A DNA stretch of 64,000 nucleotides from Acidimicrobiia bacterium (lineage in GTDB: Bacteria > Actinomycetota > Acidimicrobiia > Spongiisociales > ZC4RG35), in assembly GCA_965203555.1 (NCBI GenBank), contig CBDBCY010000004.1:64001-128000 (forward strand), in the 5' to 3' direction. The position numbers were made by a program, and so were the translations under genes. A model generated the notes under the pieces. That model did not search any database, was not told where the DNA came from, and saw only the letters and a list, made by a program, of their open reading frames with translations. Of the stretch, positions 57,547-64,000 are shown in pieces (position 1 is the stretch's first letter; each line of letters starts with the position of its first letter).

Positions 57547-58976
57547 ATCAGCCTTCTCCAGGTTTGTACGCGGCGGTGCTTCATGCTCTGAGCGGTACCG
57601 ATCCTCATTCGCGGCCCTTGGATTCGACCATAACTGAGCTGGCCGACGGGCTTACGTCCGCCCATGCCGCGGGTTTGCCCCAGGCTGTGGAGGAGGTGCT
57701 GCCCCTCTTACGGGGGGATCCTGAGCGGTTGCGTTTTGCCGTCGAGATGGCGTTGCGCCTCGGGGTCTTCGAGGTTGCCGGAGCGGTGACCGACCTGGCC
57801 TTGGCCACCGGCGACCGAAGATTGCTGCTGAACGCGGCGAGTCTGTGCGGAAATCCCGCGGTCGCCGACTCGATCAGGGCGCGGGTAGCCCTAATGGTGG
57901 GCGACGACCCGCCGGGCCGGATCAGGCTCGACCCTGATACCGTGCCGTCCACCACCGACGAGAAGCGGCTGTACTTGCAGTGCTGGCCCGGTGCCCGCCA
58001 CGAGGACGTCCCCTTGGCGCCGGTGGTGGTGCTGGACAGCAACTTCGACTCCCTCCGTCTGTTTAAGCTGGCCGTCAGCCTGGATCGAGTGGGCGCCGCT
58101 ATTCGGCGGTTGGCCCCTAATACCGAGGTACCGTTGTGGTTCGGATACCAGACCGTGCTGGTGTGCCGGCCGCAGACTCGAAGTCGGGTGCTGAGCAGCT
58201 ATCCGCGTTTTTCCGAAGATCAGATTCTGGTCGAGGACTCTCTTCCCGAAGACTCCCGACAACGAAACGTGCTGCTCCGCAAGGTGAACGCGGCCTTGCC
58301 CGGCTCGCAGAAACTCCGCCTCGCCCGTGCACCGATAGAAGTTGCGAAGAGTCTGTGGGAACCGGAGGTCTTCACAGCGGGGGTGTACAAGACGAGCGAA
58401 ACGGCTTTCCTGTCAGGAACCAAGGCTTCGTCGATGCACTACCTGCGAAGGCGCGGGTTGATTGCACCGATGCCTTCAAGAGAGATCCGCTGGACATTCA
58501 GCCATTTGGTGGCTGTTCGCACATGGTCATACCTGCAATGGTGTTCCCCGAGAAGGGTTTCCAGCCGTGTCGTCCCGGCTCTGGCTCGATTCGCGGGCGA
58601 CTCGGAGGCGGTCAAGCTCGGCGTTATGTCTGACGGCGCGGTGTTGGTGGATCGAGGAGATGGATGGTGCGACGTCGAAACCGGTCAAATCCAGATACGT
58701 ATGGACATAACCGACATTGACGATGTGTTCCAGCCTTTCGACTACGGTGGGGGGAGGGTTTTGCCGTTGCCGGTTGTAAGCGATAACACCCGGCTCCATC
58801 CGGCGTTGCTTCACGGGACTCCCCATCTCAAGGGCCACCGCATCAGTGCTAAAGCCTTGGCAAGTTTGCATGAACGCGACGGGGACAAGGCGATCATATC
58901 GGCGTATCCCGAGTTGGAGGGTCTCGCTTTCGACGACACGGTAAGAATTGGATACCGGCTTCAGGGAGCTGTTTAA
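57543..58976 (+). CDS. Extended antitoxin-like protein: ~280-aa unknown N-terminal region + MerR-like HTH + DUF433
   Basis: HTH-like YKTSETAFLSG...WTFSHLVAVR and DUF433-like HPALLHGTPHLKGHRISAKAL...IISAYPEL. Confidence 0.72.
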   Translation: MNQPSPGLYAAVLHALSGTDPHSRPLDSTITELADGLTSAHAAGLPQAVEEVLPLLRGDPERLRFAVEMALRLGVFEVAGAVTDLALATGDRRLLLNAASLCGNPAVADSIRARVALMVGDDPPGRIRLDPDTVPSTTDEKRLYLQCWPGARHEDVPLAPVVVLDSNFDSLRLFKLAVSLDRVGAAIRRLAPNTEVPLWFGYQTVLVCRPQTRSRVLSSYPRFSEDQILVEDSLPEDSRQRNVLLRKVNAALPGSQKLRLARAPIEVAKSLWEPEVFTAGVYKTSETAFLSGTKASSMHYLRRRGLIAPMPSREIRWTFSHLVAVRTWSYLQWCSPRRVSSRVVPALARFAGDSEAVKLGVMSDGAVLVDRGDGWCDVETGQIQIRMDITDIDDVFQPFDYGGGRVLPLPVVSDNTRLHPALLHGTPHLKGHRISAKALASLHERDGDKAIISAYPELEGLAFDDTVRIGYRLQGAV

Positions 58977-58978
58977 TC

Positions 58979-59329
58979 ATGAAACTGCTGTACGACGCCG
59001 TTTTTCCGCGCAGTCTCGCTGAAGAGACTCGACACGGGATGGAGTTGATCCGTTGGGACGAAGGCGAGGAAAGTGATGCGGCACTCGTTGCGCTGGCCGC
59101 CGATCGCGGTTACCGCGGGGTCATATTCTTCGAACGGGATTCGCTGGAACAGCCTGAACTGCGGGAGATTGCTCGTGAGTACGGCGTGGCTCTGGTGGGT
59201 GTCGAGGCAGGTGATCCTTTCGAGGCCAAGCAGCGAATAGTGAATAACCTTCTCCGCATACGATCGGCGCTGGGCAGCCACGACTGCATTCTTGTGATGT
59301 CCCGGTCGGCAGACCCCTTTCCGGGATAG
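58979..59329 (+). CDS. Divergent VapC45/DUF5615-type PIN-like protein
   Basis: MKLLYDAVFP, SDAALVALAA and IFFERD pattern; immediately downstream of the DUF433 gene. Confidence 0.6.
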   Translation: MKLLYDAVFPRSLAEETRHGMELIRWDEGEESDAALVALAADRGYRGVIFFERDSLEQPELREIAREYGVALVGVEAGDPFEAKQRIVNNLLRIRSALGSHDCILVMSRSADPFPG

Positions 59330-59442
59330 CCGTTTCCTTTGCTACACAGGGCGGAACCGACTACGTGCACAACTGAACCCCGTGAGTCCAAAATAAGGCG
59401 CCTGAGGATGGGCCGTTGGCGGGGTCTTTATCATTCCCACTG

Positions 59443-62265
59443 GTGGCGCCCCTGACTGACTATCTGACTCCCGAGGCCCGTGCCCGGATGGAGATCGACC
59501 GGCAGTTGGAGGCGTGTGGATGGGTGGTGCAGGATTACAAAAACGCTGCCGTGAGGGCGGCGCAAGGTGTAGTCGTGCGGGAAGTGCCGACCGAGGCGGG
59601 ACCGGCCGACTACGTGCTCTATGTGGACAGGCAGGCGGTGGGCATCATCGAGGCCAAGCCTGCCGGAACCACGCTCACGGGGGTTGAACCCCAGACCCGC
59701 AAGTATCAACTGTCGTATCCGGTGGGACTGCCTGCGATTCCGGTGGAGGGCGCCCTTCCCTTTGGGTACGAGTCCACCGGTGTCGAGACCCGGTTTACCA
59801 GCAATTTGGATGAGGTGCCTACCTCGCGGCGCGTTTTCTCGTTCCATCGACCGGAGACACTGGGGCGCTGGCTGAACGACTACAAGGATGTGGACAGTGT
59901 GTCCGGGATCCGTGGCGGATTGCACCTCCTGCCGGAATTGGGCAACACAAAGCTGTGGCCTGCTCAGGTCGAGGCGGTCCGAAACCTGGAGGGATCGCTT
60001 CGGGACAACCGGCCTCGGGCACTGATCCAAATGACCATGGGCTCGGGGAAGACCTTCACGGCTGTAAACGTGTCATATCGCCTGCTCCGCTACGCAGGTG
60101 CTCAACGGGTGCTGTTTCTGGTTGACCGGGCACATCTCGGCCGCCAGGCCCTTCGGGAGTTCGAAGGCTTCGACACGCCCGACGACGGTCGCAAGTTTAC
60201 CGAGTTGTATCACGCCCGCTTGCTGAGTTCCTCGGACTTCGATATCGCCCATGAGCAGGCCACCAAAGTCCATGTGGCAACGATTCAACGGCTCTATTCC
60301 GTCCTGCGGGGTAAACCGATTGATGATGCTTTGGACGAAAAGACCGGCTTCGAGACCGCTCCGGAACGCCCTGTCGAGGTCACCTACAACCCGCGGTTGC
60401 CCATCGAGTCGTACGATGTGATCATCATCGACGAGTGCCACCGCTCGATCTACGGGGTATGGCGACAGGTTCTGGAGTACTTCGACGCCTTCCTGATCGG
60501 GCTCACCGCAACGCCGGGAAAGCAGACCTTTGGCTTCTTCAACCAGAACCTGGTAATGGAGTATGGTCATGAGCAGGCCGTGGCAGACCGGGTGAACGTC
60601 GATTTCGACGTGTTCCGCATACGCACCGAGGTCAGCGAGGAGGGTGGGATCGTTCCCGCCGGGTACGTCACCGAGTTCCGGGATCGGGAAACCCGCCAGC
60701 AGCGCTTCGACCTGATCGACGAGGACTTCGAGTACACCGCCGGGCAACTCAACAAGAAGGTGGTGGTCCCCGATCAGATCCGCACCATCGTTCGAACCCT
60801 GCGGGATTCGATGCCCATGATGTTCCCTGATCGGATGGTGACGGAGGACGGTCGGCTCCAGCATGTCCCAAAGACACTGTTTTTCGCCCAGTACGACAGC
60901 CACGCCGACGACATCGTGCAGATCGTTCGGGAGGAGTTCGGTCTGGGCAATCTCGGAGCGGTGAAGATCACCTACAAGTCGGGAGAATCCGGCCACAAAC
61001 CCGAGGATCTTCTGCAGAGGTTCCGTACCAGTTATGAAACCCGGATCGCAGTGACGGTCGACATGATCGCCACCGGCACCGATGTCAAGCCCATCGAGTG
61101 CGTGGTGTTCATGCGCATGGTGCGAAGTCGCAACTTCTTCGAGCAGATGAAGGGTCGGGGCGTGCGGGTGATGAATTCCGGCGACTTGCAGGTTGTCACT
61201 CCCGACGCCCAGGCCAAGGAGAGGTTCGTGCTGGTGGATGCAGTGGGGGTTACCGAGACCGATCTCCATGACACGGTTCCGCTCGAACGGAAGCATGGTG
61301 TGGGCTTCGACCGACTGCTCAACCTGATCGGACTGGGCGATGTCAGCGAGGATGTGGTTTCATCGGTGGCCTCTCGTCTAGCCCGTCTCGACAAGCGCAT
61401 CACCTATACCGACCGCACCGAAGTCGAAGAGATCGCTGGCATGAGCCTCGGCCAAGTCGCCCGAGGTATGGTGGACGCTTTCAATCCCGACCACCACTAC
61501 CAGGCGGCCCGGATCGCCACCGGGGAAGACGAGCCTCATCCGGATCAGATCGCCGCCGCCCGCCGGCAGATGATCGAAGAGGCGGTGCAACCTCTGGCTG
61601 GCAACTCCGGCCTCCGGGAGAAGCTGATCGAGATACGCCGCAGCTACGAGCAGATCATCGATACTGCCACCAAAGACCGAGTGCTGTCCGGCGAGTTCTC
61701 ACGAGACGCCACTGACCGGGCGAAAGCCACAGTCGAATCGTTTCGAGAGTTCATCGAGGACAACCGAGAAGAGATCAACGCCTTGGACGTGCTCTATCGC
61801 CTGCCATACCGAGCGAGACTGACCTACGACGACATCCGTGAGTTGGCCAATGCCATCAAGCGACCGCCCCGGGCCTGGACACCGGACGTGCTCTGGCGTG
61901 CCTACCAGGTGCTCGACGCCTCCAAGGTGCGGGGATCGGGACCCCGGGTCAACACCGATCTGGTCAGCCTGGTGCGCTATACCCTGGGTTCGGCAGACGA
62001 ACTGGTGACCTATCCGGCCCTTGTTGAAGAGAGATTCCAGACCTGGCTGGCCCAACAGGCCGACGCGGGTCGGGCGTTCAGCGCCGAGCAACGTGCCTAT
62101 CTGAATCTCATCAAGGACCACCTCGCCGCCAGCCTGTCGGTCGAGCGTCGCGACCTGCAAGAACTCCCCTTCAGTGCCAACGGCGGCTTGGGTCGCGCAA
62201 GACAACTATTCGGTCAGGGCCTGGATAGACTCCTTTCGGAACTCACCCGGGAATTGGCGGCATGA
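59443..62265 (+). CDS. hsdR: Type I restriction enzyme R subunit
   Basis: ADYVL...IIEAK nuclease, MTMGSGKT, FLVDR, DECH, GLTATP, TGTD and EQMKGRG. TATCAT lies 8 nt before GTG 59443. Confidence 0.93.
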   Translation: MAPLTDYLTPEARARMEIDRQLEACGWVVQDYKNAAVRAAQGVVVREVPTEAGPADYVLYVDRQAVGIIEAKPAGTTLTGVEPQTRKYQLSYPVGLPAIPVEGALPFGYESTGVETRFTSNLDEVPTSRRVFSFHRPETLGRWLNDYKDVDSVSGIRGGLHLLPELGNTKLWPAQVEAVRNLEGSLRDNRPRALIQMTMGSGKTFTAVNVSYRLLRYAGAQRVLFLVDRAHLGRQALREFEGFDTPDDGRKFTELYHARLLSSSDFDIAHEQATKVHVATIQRLYSVLRGKPIDDALDEKTGFETAPERPVEVTYNPRLPIESYDVIIIDECHRSIYGVWRQVLEYFDAFLIGLTATPGKQTFGFFNQNLVMEYGHEQAVADRVNVDFDVFRIRTEVSEEGGIVPAGYVTEFRDRETRQQRFDLIDEDFEYTAGQLNKKVVVPDQIRTIVRTLRDSMPMMFPDRMVTEDGRLQHVPKTLFFAQYDSHADDIVQIVREEFGLGNLGAVKITYKSGESGHKPEDLLQRFRTSYETRIAVTVDMIATGTDVKPIECVVFMRMVRSRNFFEQMKGRGVRVMNSGDLQVVTPDAQAKERFVLVDAVGVTETDLHDTVPLERKHGVGFDRLLNLIGLGDVSEDVVSSVASRLARLDKRITYTDRTEVEEIAGMSLGQVARGMVDAFNPDHHYQAARIATGEDEPHPDQIAAARRQMIEEAVQPLAGNSGLREKLIEIRRSYEQIIDTATKDRVLSGEFSRDATDRAKATVESFREFIEDNREEINALDVLYRLPYRARLTYDDIRELANAIKRPPRAWTPDVLWRAYQVLDASKVRGSGPRVNTDLVSLVRYTLGSADELVTYPALVEERFQTWLAQQADAGRAFSAEQRAYLNLIKDHLAASLSVERRDLQELPFSANGGLGRARQLFGQGLDRLLSELTRELAA

Positions 62266-63572
62266 CTGCTCAACTGCCCAAAGGGTGGGAATCCGCGCGG
62301 CTGGGGTCCTTAGGAGTTGAAGTCAAAGGTCAGACAAGACCGATACCGGAAGTAGTCTACGACCTCTATAGCGTTCCAGCCTTTGCACTCGGTCGACCTG
62401 AGCGCATTGACGGTGCAAACATTAGAAGTGGCAAGCGATCTGTTGAGGCAGGGGATGTGCTACTTTGCAAGATAAATCCGAGAATTAATCGCGTGTGGTG
62501 TGTAGGTCCTGCGGATGGGATACCACAGATTGCTTCAACGGAATACCTCGTGTTGCGGCCAAGCAACAAAGTCTTAGCTTCTTATCTATGCTACTATCTC
62601 TCCTCGCCTATATTCCGAGAGTGGATCGAGCTGTCAGTGGAAGGTGTCACTGGTTCACACACCCGCGCTAAGTCGGGTCCAATCCTGGACCAAATGCTTC
62701 CAGTAGCTCCCATTGCCGAGCAAAAGCGGATTGTTGAGATTATAGAAGATCTTTTCTCTCGGCTTGATGAGGTTGAGTCAGTATTTCAATCCTTGCTTTA
62801 TAAGCTAGAATCTCTTCGCGCAGCTATTCTAGCCAATGCCTTTCACGCCAATCGTGACCTTCCACCTGGTTGGAAGTGGGCAACAGCAGCAGATGTCGCC
62901 CATTACATCCGAGGTGTCACATTTAAAAAGGTGGATTCTTCAACCGAAGAAGCACCTGGGTTAGTACCGATAGCTCGCTCTGGCAACGTTGAACCCGGTC
63001 GTACACGATTTACTGAGAATCTTGTCTATGTTCCTAAAGAACGGGTGGCTGCCAACCAATATCTGCGTGAAGGAGACGTTTTGATCGCCACCTCTAGTGG
63101 TAGCCTCTCCGTCGTGGGAAAGTCGGCCATAGTCGCTGACCATTGGCATGGTGCACACGGAGCCTTTATGGCGGTGTTGCGACCTACTACTCAAGTATAT
63201 CCGAGGTTCCTTGGTTCTTTCTTGCAATCCCAGGCAAACCGGAAGAGATGGCAGGAGCTGGCAGCAGGGACTAATATCAACAATCTGAAGAAGCGCGATC
63301 TGCTCTCAACAGCAATACCTTTGGCGCCCCTTAAGGAACAGATGGTCATTATTGAAGAAATCGGCACGAGTTTTTCCTGCCTCGATTCTATTGAGACGTC
63401 ATTGCAAGAGGGACTAAATCGAGTTAAGACTCTCCGCCGATCGGTGCTCACCGAGGCCTTTGCCGGTCGCATGGTTCCGCAAGATTCCGACGATGAGCCA
63501 GCTTCGACACTGCTAGAACGAATTACAGTATCTCAACTGGGCAAGGGGTTCCGGCGGAGAGCAAAGATATGA
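62262..63572 (+). CDS. hsdS: Type I RM specificity subunit
   Basis: Two LP.GW-initiated TRDs, P..EQ..I repeats and AF.G.MVPQD..DEPA..LLERI. Visibly AT-richer than its neighbours. Confidence 0.92.
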   Translation: MTAQLPKGWESARLGSLGVEVKGQTRPIPEVVYDLYSVPAFALGRPERIDGANIRSGKRSVEAGDVLLCKINPRINRVWCVGPADGIPQIASTEYLVLRPSNKVLASYLCYYLSSPIFREWIELSVEGVTGSHTRAKSGPILDQMLPVAPIAEQKRIVEIIEDLFSRLDEVESVFQSLLYKLESLRAAILANAFHANRDLPPGWKWATAADVAHYIRGVTFKKVDSSTEEAPGLVPIARSGNVEPGRTRFTENLVYVPKERVAANQYLREGDVLIATSSGSLSVVGKSAIVADHWHGAHGAFMAVLRPTTQVYPRFLGSFLQSQANRKRWQELAAGTNINNLKKRDLLSTAIPLAPLKEQMVIIEEIGTSFSCLDSIETSLQEGLNRVKTLRRSVLTEAFAGRMVPQDSDDEPASTLLERITVSQLGKGFRRRAKI

Positions 63573-64000
63573 CTACGTCTCAGCATACCTTGGTGCAAAA
63601 ACTCTGGAACTTTTGCGATGTGCTTAGGGATGACGGCCTGTCATACGGTGATTATGTAGAACAACTCACCTATCTGTTGTTTCTTAAGATGGCCGATGAG
63701 CAGCGCCGGCTTCTTGGTGACACTCCAGTTGTGCCTGAAGGTCTCGACTGGCCATCGCTCTTGCGGCGCTCCGGGGTGGCGCTTGAGGTTCATTACACCG
63801 ACATTCTTGGGAATCTGGGCTCCCGACCGGGCATGCTCGGGGTGATATTCCGCAAGGCCCGCAATCGGATCCAGAGTCCGGCCAAGCTCGAACTGCTCAT
63901 TAAGGACTTTGTGGACGATCACGAGTGGTTGAGCCTTGAGGCTGATGCCAAGGGTGACGCATACGAGGGCCTGATTGAGAAAACAGCTCAGGAAGGGGCC
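63569..64000 (+). CDS. hsdM: Type I RM methyltransferase subunit (5' part only)
   Basis: MTTSQHTLVQKLWNFCDVLRDDGLSYGDYVEQLTYLLFLKM...KGDAYEGL. ATGA overlap with hsdS. Confidence 0.92.
   Translation, partial: MTTSQHTLVQKLWNFCDVLRDDGLSYGDYVEQLTYLLFLKMADEQRRLLGDTPVVPEGLDWPSLLRRSGVALEVHYTDILGNLGSRPGMLGVIFRKARNRIQSPAKLELLIKDFVDDHEWLSLEADAKGDAYEGLIEKTAQEGA

Overview
High-GC actinobacterial window; the gene set and order resemble Acidimicrobiia (inference). The backbone is the conserved block mltG-aroE-A24 peptidase ... aroC-aroK-aroB-efp-nusB-carAB-pyrF-mihF-gmk-rpoZ-coaBC-metK-priA-def-fmt-rpe-ribD-ribE-ribBA. A ~17 kb accessory segment (1.6-18.4 kb) interrupts it. That segment holds a translationally coupled four-gene tubulin/FtsZ-like + vWA membrane operon behind a 29-bp palindrome, an alpha-carbonic anhydrase, a LysM 5'-nucleotidase, an AI-2E transporter and a small phage-terminase remnant. 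The pyrimidine part of the backbone is remodelled: pyrR/B/C are absent from the locus, nusB is fused in frame to carA, pyrF lacks its catalytic lysines, and the CarB allosteric domain is degenerate. The right half has a catabolic enzyme cluster, leuS and several conflict genes: Fic, an ABC-ATPase + TOPRIM-like pair, VapBC, an unusual three-gene module (ART-like protein / extended HTH-DUF433 protein / PIN-like protein) and a type I restriction-modification system that runs off the window end. I saw no tRNA, rRNA, CRISPR array or transposase. All family assignments come from motif recognition by eye, not database searches.
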